DNA of 32,000 nucleotides, from the NCBI RefSeq assembly GCF_001457615.1, contig NZ_LN831024.1, positions 3,300,001 through 3,332,000 on the forward strand. Direction: 5' to 3'. The translations under genes and the position numbers were made by a program. Under the pieces are notes generated by a model, which searched no databases, was not told the DNA's origin, and was given only the letters and a program-made list of their open reading frames with translations. The DNA is from Pseudomonas aeruginosa (lineage in GTDB: Bacteria; Pseudomonadota; Gammaproteobacteria; Pseudomonadales; Pseudomonadaceae). Below, in pieces: positions 18,594-29,133 of the stretch (positions are counted from its first letter, which is position 1; each line of letters starts with the position of its first letter).

Positions 18594-19985
18594 ATGAGCG
18601 TGATCATCGCCCTTGCCGCCCTGGGCCTGCTGATGCTGGCCGCCTACCGCGGCTACAGCGTCATCCTGTTCGCCCCCCTCGCCGCCCTCGGCGCCGTCCT
18701 GCTCACCGATCCCAGCGCGGTCGCGCCGACCTTCACCGGGGTGTTCATGGAGAAGATGGTCGGTTTCATCAAGCTCTACTTCCCGGTTTTCCTGCTTGGC
18801 GCGGTGTTCGGCAAGCTGATCGAGCTGGCCGGCTTCTCCCGCTCCATCGTCGCGGCGGCGATCCGCCTGCTCGGCACCCGCCAGGCGATGCTGGCGATCG
18901 TACTGGTCTGCGCGCTGCTCACCTACGGCGGCGTCTCGCTGTTCGTGGTGGTGTTCGCGGTCTACCCGTTCGCCGCGGAGATGTTCCGCCAGAGCGACAT
19001 CCCCAAGCGATTGATTCCGGCGACCATCGCCCTCGGCGCGTTTTCCTTCACCATGGACGCGCTGCCCGGCACCCCGCAGATCCAGAACATCATCCCCTCG
19101 ACCTTCTTCGGCACCCACGCCTGGGCCGCGCCCTGGCTCGGCACCCTCGGCGCGCTGTTCGTCTTCGCCGTGGGCATGCTCTACCTGCGACGCCAGGCGA
19201 ACAAGGCGCGGCGCAACGGCGAAGGCTACGGCAGCGACCTGCGCAACGAGCCGGAGACCGCCGATGACCTGCGCCTGCCGAATCCCTGGCTGGCGCTCTC
19301 GCCGCTGGTGCTGGTCGGGGTCGCCAACCTGCTGTTCACCCACTGGATCCCGCAATGGTACGGCCAGGTCCATACCCTGCAACTGGCCGGCATGGCCACG
19401 CCGTTGCAGACCGAGGTCGGCAAGCTCACCGCGATCTGGGCAGTGCAGGCGGCCCTGCTGCTGGGCATCCTGCTGGTGCTGGCGAGCGGTTTCGCGGCGA
19501 TCCGCAGCCGCCTCGCCGAAGGCACCCGCAGCGCGGTGGCCGGCTCGCTGCTGGCGGCGATGAACACCGCCTCGGAATACGGCTTCGGCGCGGTGATCGC
19601 CTCGCTGCCGGGTTTCCTGGTGCTGGCCGACGCGCTCAAGAGCATTCCCAATCCGCTGGTCAACGAAGCGATCACCGTCACCCTGCTGGCCGGCATCACC
19701 GGTTCCGCGTCGGGCGGCATGAGCATCGCCCTGGCGGCGATGTCCGATACCTTCATCGCCGCCGCCAACGCCGCGCAGATCCCCCTGGAAGTCCTCCACC
19801 GGGTCGCCGCCATGGCCAGCGGAGGGATGGATACCCTGCCGCACAACGGCGCGGTGATCACCCTCCTGGCGGTCACCGGCCTGACCCATCGGGAGGCGTA
19901 CAAGGACATTTTCGGTATTACCCTGATCAAGACCCTGGCGGTGTTCTTCGTCATCGGGCTGTTCTACGCCACCGGCCTGGTCTGA
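18594..19985 (+). CDS. GntP/H+-symporter-like permease, probable 3-hydroxybutyrate importer (PA2004-like)
   Basis: 463 aa from MSVIIALAALGLLMLAAY. It is a polytopic membrane protein with GGAGA 8 nt upstream of the ATG, and it lies 33 nt upstream of bdhA. The substrate is inferred from context. Confidence 0.85.
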   Translation: MSVIIALAALGLLMLAAYRGYSVILFAPLAALGAVLLTDPSAVAPTFTGVFMEKMVGFIKLYFPVFLLGAVFGKLIELAGFSRSIVAAAIRLLGTRQAMLAIVLVCALLTYGGVSLFVVVFAVYPFAAEMFRQSDIPKRLIPATIALGAFSFTMDALPGTPQIQNIIPSTFFGTHAWAAPWLGTLGALFVFAVGMLYLRRQANKARRNGEGYGSDLRNEPETADDLRLPNPWLALSPLVLVGVANLLFTHWIPQWYGQVHTLQLAGMATPLQTEVGKLTAIWAVQAALLLGILLVLASGFAAIRSRLAEGTRSAVAGSLLAAMNTASEYGFGAVIASLPGFLVLADALKSIPNPLVNEAITVTLLAGITGSASGGMSIALAAMSDTFIAAANAAQIPLEVLHRVAAMASGGMDTLPHNGAVITLLAVTGLTHREAYKDIFGITLIKTLAVFFVIGLFYATGLV

Positions 19986-20018
19986 TCCGCCCTTTTTTCA
20001 TCCAGCGGGAGAAACAGC

Positions 20019-20789
20019 ATGACCCTGAAAGGCAAGACCGCCCTGGTCACCGGTTCCACCAGCGGCATCGGCCTGGGCATCGCCCTGAGCCTGGCCGAGG
20101 CCGGCGCCGACCTGCTCCTCAACGGCTTCGGCGAGGTCGACGCGGCACTGGCGCAGGTCCGCGCCCGCGGCGTGCGCGCAGAGCACCACCCGGCCGACCT
20201 CTCCAGCCCGGAGCAGATCGCCGAACTGATGGCCTTCGCCGAGCGGACCTTCGGCGGCGTCGACATCCTCGTCAACAACGCCGGCATCCAGTACGTGGCG
20301 CCGGTGCAGGAATTCCCCACGGAACGCTGGGACGCGATCATCGCGATCAACCTGTCCTCAGTGTTCCATACCACCCGCCTGGCCCTGCCGGGCATGCTCG
20401 CGCGCGGCTGGGGGCGGATCGTCAACATCGCCTCGACCCACGGCCTGGTCGCCTCGGCCGGGAAGAGCGCCTACGTCGCCGCCAAGCATGGCGTGCTCGG
20501 CCTGACCAAGAGTGTGGCGCTGGAAACGGCGCGCACGCCGGTGACCTGCAACGCCATCTGCCCCGGCTGGGTGCTGACCCCGCTGGTGCAGAAGCAGATC
20601 GACGCGCGCATCGCCGAGGGCGTCTCGCCCGAACAGGCGGAACATGACCTGCTGGCGGAAAAGCAACCCTCGCTGGCCTTCGTCACCCCCGAGCAACTCG
20701 GCGGACTGACGCTGTTCCTTTGCAGCGAAGCCGCCGACCAGGTGCGCGGCGCGGCCTGGAACATGGATGGCGGCTGGGTGGCGCAGTAG
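20019..20789 (+). CDS. bdhA: (R)-3-hydroxybutyrate dehydrogenase (short-chain dehydrogenase/reductase)
   Basis: 256 aa SDR with TGSTSGIGLGIA (NAD binding) and the YVAAKHG catalytic YxxxK. The C-terminus GAAWNMDGGWVAQ is typical of BdhA. Confidence 0.93.
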   Translation: MTLKGKTALVTGSTSGIGLGIALSLAEAGADLLLNGFGEVDAALAQVRARGVRAEHHPADLSSPEQIAELMAFAERTFGGVDILVNNAGIQYVAPVQEFPTERWDAIIAINLSSVFHTTRLALPGMLARGWGRIVNIASTHGLVASAGKSAYVAAKHGVLGLTKSVALETARTPVTCNAICPGWVLTPLVQKQIDARIAEGVSPEQAEHDLLAEKQPSLAFVTPEQLGGLTLFLCSEAADQVRGAAWNMDGGWVAQ

Positions 20790-20814
20790 CCGGGGCGGCC
20801 AGCCTCTCCCCAGA

Positions 20815-20836
20815 CCCTCTCCCTGAAGGGAGAGGG
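20815..20836. repeat. Inverted repeat CCCTCTCCCT ga AGGGAGAGGG
   Basis: 10-bp perfect arms, read directly. It is preceded by a partial direct copy CCTCTCCCC at 20803-20811. The core CCCTGAAGGGAGAGG recurs in reverse orientation at 20942-20956. Confidence 0.7.
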
Positions 20837-20869
20837 AACCATCCGGAGTTCGCCCGCCCCATTGCGTAG

Positions 20870-20898
20870 GGCGGATAACGCCACAGGCGTTATCCGCC
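20870..20898. repeat. REP-like palindromic element (GTAG-GGCGGATAACGCC aca GGCGTTATCCGCC)
   Basis: 13-bp perfect arms at 20870-20882 and 20886-20898. It is in the same family as 11118-11145 (shared GTAGGGCGGATAAC...GTTATCCGCC), between the convergent bdhA and atoE-like 3' ends. Confidence 0.7.
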
Positions 20899-20924
20899 GT
20901 TACCTCGTTTCCCGGCGCGGCTAC

Positions 20925-20956
20925 CCTCTCCCCAACCTTCGCCCTTCAGGGAGAGG
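20925..20956. repeat. Second CCTCTCCC / GGGAGAGG inverted repeat (16-nt spacer), inverted copy of the 20815-20836 element
   Basis: CCTCTCCC is at 20925-20932 and GGGAGAGG at 20949-20956. CCCTTCAGGGAGAGG is the reverse complement of the core of the first element. Confidence 0.6.
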
Positions 20957-20989
20957 AAGTTATCGGGGCCAGGTCGGTCCGCCGACGCG

Positions 20990-22414
20990 CTACGGCATCA
21001 CCGGCGGGATGTACGCCAGGGTGCTGCCCAGGGCCCAGAGCAGCACCAGCACCAGCGGGATGTGCACCAGCAACTGGACGAACGAGAAGCCGATCAGGTC
21101 GCGCGCCTTCAGCCCCAGCACGCCGAGTAACGGCAGCATGTAGAACGGGTTGATCAGGTTCGGCAGCGCCTCGGCGGCGTTGTAGATCTGCACCGCCCAG
21201 CCGAGGTGGTATTGCAGCTCGTTGGCCACCTGCATCACGTACGGCGCCTCGATGATCCACTTGCCGCCGCCGGAGGGAATGAAGAAGCCCAGCACCGCCG
21301 AGTACACGCCCATCAGCAGCGCGTAGGTGTCGTGGGAGGCGATCTGTACGAAGAAGGTCGAGATATGGTGGGCCAGGGTCTCGCCGTCGCTGCCGTTGAC
21401 CGTGGTCATGATCGCCGCGATCGAGCCGTACAGCGGGAACTGGATCAGCACCCCGGTGGTGGTCGGCACCGCGCGCGCCACCGCGTCGAGGAAGCTGCGC
21501 GGGCGCCAGTGCAGCAACGCGCCGAGCATCAGGAACAGCAGGTTATAGGTGTTCAACCCGGAGATCGCCAGGATCGCCGGCTTGGTCGAGAACTCGTGGA
21601 CCAGCCAGCCGCCGGCCAGCAGTACCAGCAGGATGATCAGCAACGGGCTGTGCTCCAGCCACTCGCCGGGCCGGGTCGGCGCCAGCCTGGCCGGAGCGGT
21701 GAAGCTCACGTCGACCCCGCAATCCTTGGCGTCGCGGGCGCTGGCGGCGCTCGGCGCGGTCATGTAGGCGATCACCAGCGAGACCAGGATCAGCGCCAGC
21801 AGCATGACCCCGGACTGCCAGAGGAAGATGGTCTCGGTGAACGGGATCACCCCGGTGATCGCCAGGATCGACGGTGGCAGGCTGGCCGGGTTGGCCTGCA
21901 ACTGCGCGGCCGACGACGACAGGCCCAGCGCCCACACCGCGCCCAGCCCGAGGTAGGCCGCGGCGCCGGCGGCGCGATAGTCCATGCGCAGGTCGCTGCG
22001 GCGCGCCAGGGCGCGTACCAGCAGGCCGCCGAAGACCAGGCTGAGGCCCCAGTTGAGCAGCGAGGCGAGCATCGACACCAGCGCCACCCAGCAGACCGCC
22101 GAGCGGCCATTCTTCGGCACCCGCGCGAGCAGGTCGATGAGACGCGAGGCGGGGCCTGAACTGGCCACCACATAGCCGCCGATGACCACGAAGGCCATCT
22201 GCATGGTGAACGGGATCAGGCTCCAGAAACCGTCGCCGAAGGCTTTCGCCGTGGCGGTCGGTCCGGCGCCCATGGCCAGCGCGGCCAGGCTGACGATGAG
22301 GATGGCCAGGGCGGCGAACACCCAGGAGTCGGGAAACCAGCGCTCGGCCCAGTTCGAGCACCGCATGGCGAAGCGCGCGGAGCGGCTTTCTTGGATGGGA
22401 AGGATAGCGGTCAT
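20990..22414 (-). CDS. Short-chain fatty acid transporter, AtoE family (PA2002-like)
   Basis: 474 aa polytopic membrane protein. The N-terminus (RFAMRCSNWAERWFPDSWVFAALAILIV) and overall pattern match AtoE-type transporters. It lies downstream of atoB on the same strand. Confidence 0.88.
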   Translation of the reverse strand: MTAILPIQESRSARFAMRCSNWAERWFPDSWVFAALAILIVSLAALAMGAGPTATAKAFGDGFWSLIPFTMQMAFVVIGGYVVASSGPASRLIDLLARVPKNGRSAVCWVALVSMLASLLNWGLSLVFGGLLVRALARRSDLRMDYRAAGAAAYLGLGAVWALGLSSSAAQLQANPASLPPSILAITGVIPFTETIFLWQSGVMLLALILVSLVIAYMTAPSAASARDAKDCGVDVSFTAPARLAPTRPGEWLEHSPLLIILLVLLAGGWLVHEFSTKPAILAISGLNTYNLLFLMLGALLHWRPRSFLDAVARAVPTTTGVLIQFPLYGSIAAIMTTVNGSDGETLAHHISTFFVQIASHDTYALLMGVYSAVLGFFIPSGGGKWIIEAPYVMQVANELQYHLGWAVQIYNAAEALPNLINPFYMLPLLGVLGLKARDLIGFSFVQLLVHIPLVLVLLWALGSTLAYIPPVMP

Positions 22415-22626
22415 CGCGGATTCTCTCGGTTTTATTGTTATTCGGCGACTACGGGGCCGCCTGTGTGTGCTACGGCTCCCTGGGCACCCGGCCGTCCCGA
22501 GGGGCGGAACGGTACGGGGCCGGTCGGACGGTCAAGGCCGTCCGCCGCTCGTTCCCTGGACACGAGCGCGCCATGCCCCCGCGAAAGGACATGGCGCGAT
22601 CACGCCGCGAGCGGCAGGTCGATGGA

Positions 22627-23808
22627 TCAGTCGCGGGCCAGGGTCAGGGCGACGCCCTGCCCGCCGCCGATGCACAGGGTGGCAAGGCCCTTCTTCGCGT
22701 CGCGACGGATCATCTCGTGCAGCAGGGTCACCAGCACCCGGCAGCCGGACGCGCCGATCGGGTGGCCAAGGGCGATGGCGCCGCCGTTGACGTTGACCCT
22801 GGCGGCATCCCAGCCCAGTTCCCGACCCACCGCCAGGGACTGCGCGGCGAAGGCCTCGTTGGCCTCGATCAGGTCCAGTTGCTCCAGGCTCCAGCCGGCC
22901 TTGTCGAGCGCGCGACGGGTGGCGGAGACCGGGCCGATGCCCATGATCGCCGGGTCGACCCCGGCGCTGGCGTAGCTGGCGATCCGCGCCAGCACCGGCA
23001 GGCCCAGGGCCTTGGCCTTGGCCGCGCTCATCAGCAATACCGCGGCGGCGCCGTCGTTGAGGCTGGAGGCGTTGCCGGCGGTGACGCTGCCGTCCTTCCT
23101 GAAGGCCGGCTTGAGCTTGGCCAGGGCCTCGACGGTGGTGCCGGCGCGCGGCTGCTCGTCGGTATCGAAGCTCAGCGGCTCGCCCTTGCGCTGCGGGACC
23201 TGGATCGGCGTGATCTCGTCGCGGAAGCGCCCGCCCTCGATGGCGGCGATGGCCTTCTGCTGCGAAGCGGCGGCGAAGGCGTCCTGCTCCTCGCGGGTCA
23301 GGCCGTACTTCTCCGCCAGGTTCTCGGCGGTGATGCCCATGTGGTAGTCGTTGAAGGCGTCCCACAGGCCGTCCTCGATCATGCTGTCGACCAGCTTCGC
23401 ATGGCCCATGCGCAGGCCGGTGCGGGCGCCGGGCATGACGTAGGGCGCCAGGCTCATGTTCTCCTGGCCGCCGGCGACGATCACCTCGGCGTCGCCGCAG
23501 CGGATCGCCTGGGCGCCCAGGTGCAGGGCCTTGAGGCCGGAGCCGCAGACCTTGTTCAGGGTCATGGCCGGCACGCCGACCGGCAGGCCGGCCTTGATCG
23601 CCGCCTGGCGCGCCGGGTTCTGCCCGGACCCGGCGGTGAGCACCTGGCCGAGGATCACTTCGTCGACCTGGCCGGCATCGAGACCGGTCTGTTCGAGCAG
23701 GCGGCGGATCACCGCGGCGCCCAGCTCGGGGGCGGGAATGCCGGCCAGCGAGCCCTGGAAGCTGCCGACGGCGGTACGGGTAGCGGCGACGATGACGACG
23801 TCTTGCAT
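22627..23808 (-). CDS. atoB: Acetyl-CoA acetyltransferase (acetoacetyl-CoA thiolase)
   Basis: 393 aa with thiolase signatures [10 protein letters not shown] (active-site Cys), [19 protein letters not shown] and [16 protein letters not shown] lies 7 nt upstream of the ATG. Confidence 0.96.
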   Translation of the reverse strand: MQDVVIVAATRTAVGSFQGSLAGIPAPELGAAVIRRLLEQTGLDAGQVDEVILGQVLTAGSGQNPARQAAIKAGLPVGVPAMTLNKVCGSGLKALHLGAQAIRCGDAEVIVAGGQENMSLAPYVMPGARTGLRMGHAKLVDSMIEDGLWDAFNDYHMGITAENLAEKYGLTREEQDAFAAASQQKAIAAIEGGRFRDEITPIQVPQRKGEPLSFDTDEQPRAGTTVEALAKLKPAFRKDGSVTAGNASSLNDGAAAVLLMSAAKAKALGLPVLARIASYASAGVDPAIMGIGPVSATRRALDKAGWSLEQLDLIEANEAFAAQSLAVGRELGWDAARVNVNGGAIALGHPIGASGCRVLVTLLHEMIRRDAKKGLATLCIGGGQGVALTLARD

Positions 23809-23908
23809 GGATGGTTCTCCTGGATTCGCCCGTGGCCGGGCCGAATCGCTGCGGGTGGACGTAGACGGTGCGACAGCCTCCTATCCTACGCCCTCTGGAA
23901 AGAACGGT

Positions 23909-23949
23909 CCGCGCGGCCGGCGCCTTGCGTGGAGGCGCCGGCCGCGCGG
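23909..23949 (-). terminator. Very strong hairpin (16-bp perfect GC stem, 9-nt loop) 8 nt downstream of the dhcB stop
   Basis: CCGCGCGGCCGGCGCC is at 23909-23924 and GGCGCCGGCCGCGCGG at 23934-23949. On the transcribed (minus) strand it is followed by ACCGUUCUUUCC, which is partly U-rich. It sits in the 149-nt dhcB-atoB spacer. Confidence 0.55.
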
Positions 23950-23957
23950 GCCGCGAT

Positions 23958-24614
23958 TCAGAAACTCATTTCCGGCACGTGCTCGGGGACGATCAGCTTG
24001 CCGGCGGTCTTCGCCACGATCTCCTCGACGCTGACCCCGGGGGCGCGCTCGCGGAGGATGAAGGCGCCGTCCTCGATCTCCAGGTAGGCCAGGTCGGTGA
24101 GCACCTTGCGAATGCAGCCGCAACCGGTCAGCGGCAGGGTGCAGTACGGCAGCAGCTTGGACTCGCCGTCCTTGGAGGCGTGGGTCATGGTGACGATGAT
24201 GTTCTCGGCGCCGGCCACCAGATCCATGGCGCCGCCCATGCCCTTGACCAGCTTGCCGGGGATCATCCAGGAGGCGATGTTGCCGCGCACGTCCACCTCG
24301 AAGGCACCGAGCACGGTGAGGTCGACGTGGCCGCCACGGATCATGGCGAAGGACTGCGCCGAGTCGAAGATCGACGCGCCGACGCGGGCGGTCACGGTCT
24401 GCTTGCCGGCGTTGATCATGTCGGCGTCGACTTCCGCCTCGCTGGGGAACGCGCCCATGCCGAGCAGGCCGTTCTCCGACTGGAGCATGACGTCGATGCC
24501 TTCCGGCACGTAGTTGGCCACCAGGGTCGGGATGCCGATGCCGAGGTTGACGTAGTAGCCGTCCTTCAATTCGCGCGCCACGCGCTGCGCCATCTGTTCG
24601 CGGGTAAGTGCCAT
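23958..24614 (-). CDS. dhcB: 3-Oxoacid (dehydrocarnitine/acetoacetate) CoA-transferase subunit B
   Basis: 218 aa from MALTREQMAQRVA. It has the catalytic-glutamate motif LQSENGLLGMG of family I CoA-transferase B subunits. The track ORF extends artefactually to 24929. Confidence 0.92.
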   Translation of the reverse strand: MALTREQMAQRVARELKDGYYVNLGIGIPTLVANYVPEGIDVMLQSENGLLGMGAFPSEAEVDADMINAGKQTVTARVGASIFDSAQSFAMIRGGHVDLTVLGAFEVDVRGNIASWMIPGKLVKGMGGAMDLVAGAENIIVTMTHASKDGESKLLPYCTLPLTGCGCIRKVLTDLAYLEIEDGAFILRERAPGVSVEEIVAKTAGKLIVPEHVPEMSF

Positions 24615-24648
24615 CTGGGGAAACCTCTTGTCGTTGTAGCGGCCGCCG

Positions 24649-25347
24649 TCAGGCGCGCAGCGTGCGTTTCTCGATGCGTTTCTCGAAGCGACCCTGGATG
24701 ATCCGGTCGACGTAGATGCCGGGGGTGTGGATCTGCGTCGGGTCCAGTTCGCCGGGCTCGACGATCTCCTCCACCTCGACCACCGTGATGCGCCCGGCGG
24801 TGGCGACCAGCGGGTTGAAGTTCTGCGCGGTGTGGCGATAGACGACGTTGCCGAAATGATCGGCCTTCCAGCCCTTGACGATGGCGAAGTCGCCGGTGAT
24901 GGCCGGTTCGAGGATGTAGTGGCGGCCATTGAACTCGCGCGCCTCCTTGCCCTCGGCGACCGGGGTGCCGTAGCCGGTGGCGGTGAAGAAGGCCGGGATG
25001 CCGGCGCCGCCGGCGCGGATCTTCTCGGCCAGCGAGCCTTGCGGGGTCAGTTCGACTTCCAGCTCGCCACTGAGCAGTTGTTGCTCGAACAGGGCGTTCT
25101 CGCCGACGTAGGAGGCGATCATCTTGCGGATCTGCCGGTCTTCCAGCAGCACGCCGAGGCCGAAACCGTCGACGCCGCAGTTGTTCGAGACCACCGTGAG
25201 GTCCCTGACCCCGCGCCGGCGGATTTCCGCGATCAGGTTCTCGGGAATCCCGCAGAGGCCGAAGCCCCCGGCGAGGACGGTCATGCCGTCGGTCAGGCCT
25301 TCGAGGGCCTCTTCGTAACTGCCTACTCGCTTGTCGAGTCCGCTCAT
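24649..25347 (-). CDS. dhcA: 3-Oxoacid (dehydrocarnitine/acetoacetate) CoA-transferase subunit A
   Basis: 232 aa with the family I CoA-transferase A-subunit pattern ([25 protein letters not shown]). It lies 34 nt upstream of dhcB. Confidence 0.92.
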   Translation of the reverse strand: MSGLDKRVGSYEEALEGLTDGMTVLAGGFGLCGIPENLIAEIRRRGVRDLTVVSNNCGVDGFGLGVLLEDRQIRKMIASYVGENALFEQQLLSGELEVELTPQGSLAEKIRAGGAGIPAFFTATGYGTPVAEGKEAREFNGRHYILEPAITGDFAIVKGWKADHFGNVVYRHTAQNFNPLVATAGRITVVEVEEIVEPGELDPTQIHTPGIYVDRIIQGRFEKRIEKRTLRA

Positions 25348-25385
25348 GCTGCTGTGCCTCTTCCGGCTCTTGTGATTGTGCGTGC

Positions 25386-25400
25386 GGCAGTCTGACTGCC
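25386..25400. promoter_or_regulatory. Perfect 7-1-7 palindrome GGCAGTC-T-GACTGCC in the dhcA leader/promoter region
   Basis: Read directly. It lies 39-53 nt upstream of the dhcA ATG (25347, minus strand). The function (regulator site or leader hairpin) is unknown. Confidence 0.4.
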
Positions 25401-25441
25401 GGGTCGCACAGAGCTTCTCCGCTGCGGACTGATTTGTTAAG

Positions 25442-25475
25442 TTTGTTTTTCCAATCCATTGATGAGAAAAACAAA
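25442..25475. promoter_or_regulatory. 10-bp perfect inverted repeat TTTGTTTTTC-N14-GAAAAACAAA in an AT-rich island, ending 3 nt before the dhcR ATG
   Basis: Arms are at 25442-25451 and 25466-25475, verified by reverse complement. It lies in the dhcR/dhcA divergent region, 95-128 nt upstream of the dhcA ATG. It is a candidate LysR-type (DhcR) or other activator site and/or a structure occluding the dhcR translation-initiation region. Confidence 0.45.
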
Positions 25476-25478
25476 TAA

Positions 25479-26399
25479 ATGACCGTCAAGCAGTTGCGCG
25501 CCTTCCTCGCCGTGGCGCAGAGCCTCAGCTTCGCCCAGGCCGGCGAACGCCTGCACCTCTCCCAGCCGGCCCTGAGCCTGGCGATCAAGAGCCTGGAGGA
25601 AAGCCTCGGCGGTCCGCTGCTGGAACGTACCACCCGCAGCGTCAGCCTCACCCCCGAGGGCGAGACCCTGCTGCCGCTGGCGCTGCGCCTGCTGGCCGAC
25701 TGGGACAATACCGAGGAATTGCTGCGCCAGCACTTCACCCTGCAACTGGGCAAGGTCTCCATCGCCGCCATGCCCTCCTTCGCCGGCAACCTGCTGCCGC
25801 TGGTCTTGAAGACCTTTCGCGAACGCCACCCGCGGGTCAACGTGGCGGTGCACGACGTGATCAACGAGCAGGTGCTGGAGATGGTCCGCAACCGACGCGT
25901 CGAGCTGGGCATCGCCTTCGAGCCGGAGTCCCTGGAAAACCTCGAGTTCACCCCGTTCTACAGCGACCGCTTCGTCGCCGTGGTGCCGACCGGCTCGCCG
26001 CTGTCCGGGCAGGAGCGGATCAGTTGGCGCGAACTGCTCGGCGAGCCCTTCATCACCCTGCAACGCCCCTCGGCGGTGCGCCTGCTCCTGGAAGAAAGCG
26101 TGGCCGCCGAGCACGGTCGCTTGCCGGTGGCGTTCGAGAGCCACCAACTGGTCACGGTCGGGCGGATGGTCGCCCAGGGACTCGGTGTCAGCGCCGTGCC
26201 GACCCTGTGCATCCAGCAGATGCAGGAACTCGGCGCGCGCTGCCTGCCGCTCTACGCGCCGCAGGTGCAGCGACGGGTCGGCCTGCTGCGGCTGAGCGAG
26301 CACAAGCTGTCCACCGCCGCCCAGGCCCTCAGCGACGTGCTGCTGCATGGCACCGACTGGCGCTCGCTGGCGCTGCCGCAGGACCAGTCCACGGAGTGA
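25479..26399 (+). CDS. dhcR: LysR-family transcriptional regulator, divergent from dhcAB
   Basis: 306 aa with the Lys[48 protein letters not shown] and a C-terminal substrate-binding domain. Confidence 0.9.
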   Translation: MTVKQLRAFLAVAQSLSFAQAGERLHLSQPALSLAIKSLEESLGGPLLERTTRSVSLTPEGETLLPLALRLLADWDNTEELLRQHFTLQLGKVSIAAMPSFAGNLLPLVLKTFRERHPRVNVAVHDVINEQVLEMVRNRRVELGIAFEPESLENLEFTPFYSDRFVAVVPTGSPLSGQERISWRELLGEPFITLQRPSAVRLLLEESVAAEHGRLPVAFESHQLVTVGRMVAQGLGVSAVPTLCIQQMQELGARCLPLYAPQVQRRVGLLRLSEHKLSTAAQALSDVLLHGTDWRSLALPQDQSTE

Positions 26400-26466
26400 G
26401 GCAGGCAGCGGCGGGTCCGGTTATGCTTCCTGCATGTCCCGGAACAACAACAAGGACGGACACGCC

Positions 26467-28422
<1,956 letters not shown>

Positions 28423-28479
28423 AGCCACGGCGAGCCTGGGCTAGAATGCGCGTTCCGTGCTACCGCAAAAGGTAATCCC

Positions 28480-28758
28480 ATGCCCGTCGCCATGGCCCGC
28501 CACATCCTGGTCAAGACCGAAGCCGAGGCCGCCCAACTGAAGCAGCGCCTGGCCAAGGGCGAGGACTTCGCCACGCTGGCGAAGAAGCATTCGACCTGCC
28601 CGTCCGGCAAGCGCGGCGGCGACCTCGGCGAGGTGCGCCCGGGGCAGATGGTCAGGTCCATCGACAATGCCATCTTCAGGAAACCCGTTGGCGTGCTCCA
28701 GGGTCCGCTGAAGAGCCAGTTCGGCTACCATCTCCTGGAAGTGTATTTCCGCGACTGA
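28480..28758 (+). CDS. ppiC1: Parvulin-type peptidyl-prolyl cis-trans isomerase C
   Basis: 92 aa. MARHILVKTEAEA...FATLAKKHSTCPSGKRGGDLGEV...QFGYHLLEV matches PpiC/Par10 along its whole length. Confidence 0.92.
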   Translation: MPVAMARHILVKTEAEAAQLKQRLAKGEDFATLAKKHSTCPSGKRGGDLGEVRPGQMVRSIDNAIFRKPVGVLQGPLKSQFGYHLLEVYFRD

Positions 28759-28776
28759 ACCGCCACCGGAGCGTCC

Positions 28777-29133
28777 ATGACCGCCGACCAGATCGCCGCC
28801 TTCTGCCTGCAACTGCCCGGCGCCCGGGAAGACCTCAAGTGGGGTTCGAACCGGGTGTTCTCGGTGGCCGGCAACAAGATGTTCGCCATCCTCGACTTCG
28901 TCGACAAGGACGGCGGCCTGGCCTTCAAGGTCGGCAGCGAGCTGTTCCTCGGCTATGTCGACCGCCCCGGCATCCGTCCGGCGCCCTACCTGGCGCGCGC
29001 GCACTGGATCGTCATGGCCCGCCCCTACCCGATGAAGGCGGCGGAGTTGCGCGAGGCCCTGGTCCGTTCCCATCAACTGGTGGTGGCGCGCCTGCCCAAG
29101 CGCCAGCGCCTCGGCCTGGTACTCGACGCATGA
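28777..29133 (+). CDS. MmcQ/YjbR-family protein (function unknown)
   Basis: 118 aa. The pattern LPGAREDLKWGSNRVFSVAGNKMFAIL is typical of the YjbR fold family (from memory). The stop overlaps the next start (ATGA). Confidence 0.75.
   Translation: MTADQIAAFCLQLPGAREDLKWGSNRVFSVAGNKMFAILDFVDKDGGLAFKVGSELFLGYVDRPGIRPAPYLARAHWIVMARPYPMKAAELREALVRSHQLVVARLPKRQRLGLVLDA

Noticed and set aside
20862-21260. Small ORFs (93 aa on the plus strand, 104 aa on the minus strand) overlapping the repeat-rich bdhA/atoE spacer.
   Set aside because: They start inside palindromic repeats, run into the atoE-like gene out of frame, and have no RBS or family similarity. They are not credible genes.
26347-26466. N-terminal extensions suggested by the ORF track: 26347 for the synthetase, 13354 for fahA, 18375 for the permease, 15527 for hbcR, 3969 for the YjiK-like gene and 24929 for dhcB.
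   Set aside because: The extensions overlap upstream genes or regulatory DNA, translate to Arg/Pro-rich sequence, and lack RBSs. The internal ATGs chosen have Shine-Dalgarno sequences and give N-termini matching the respective families.
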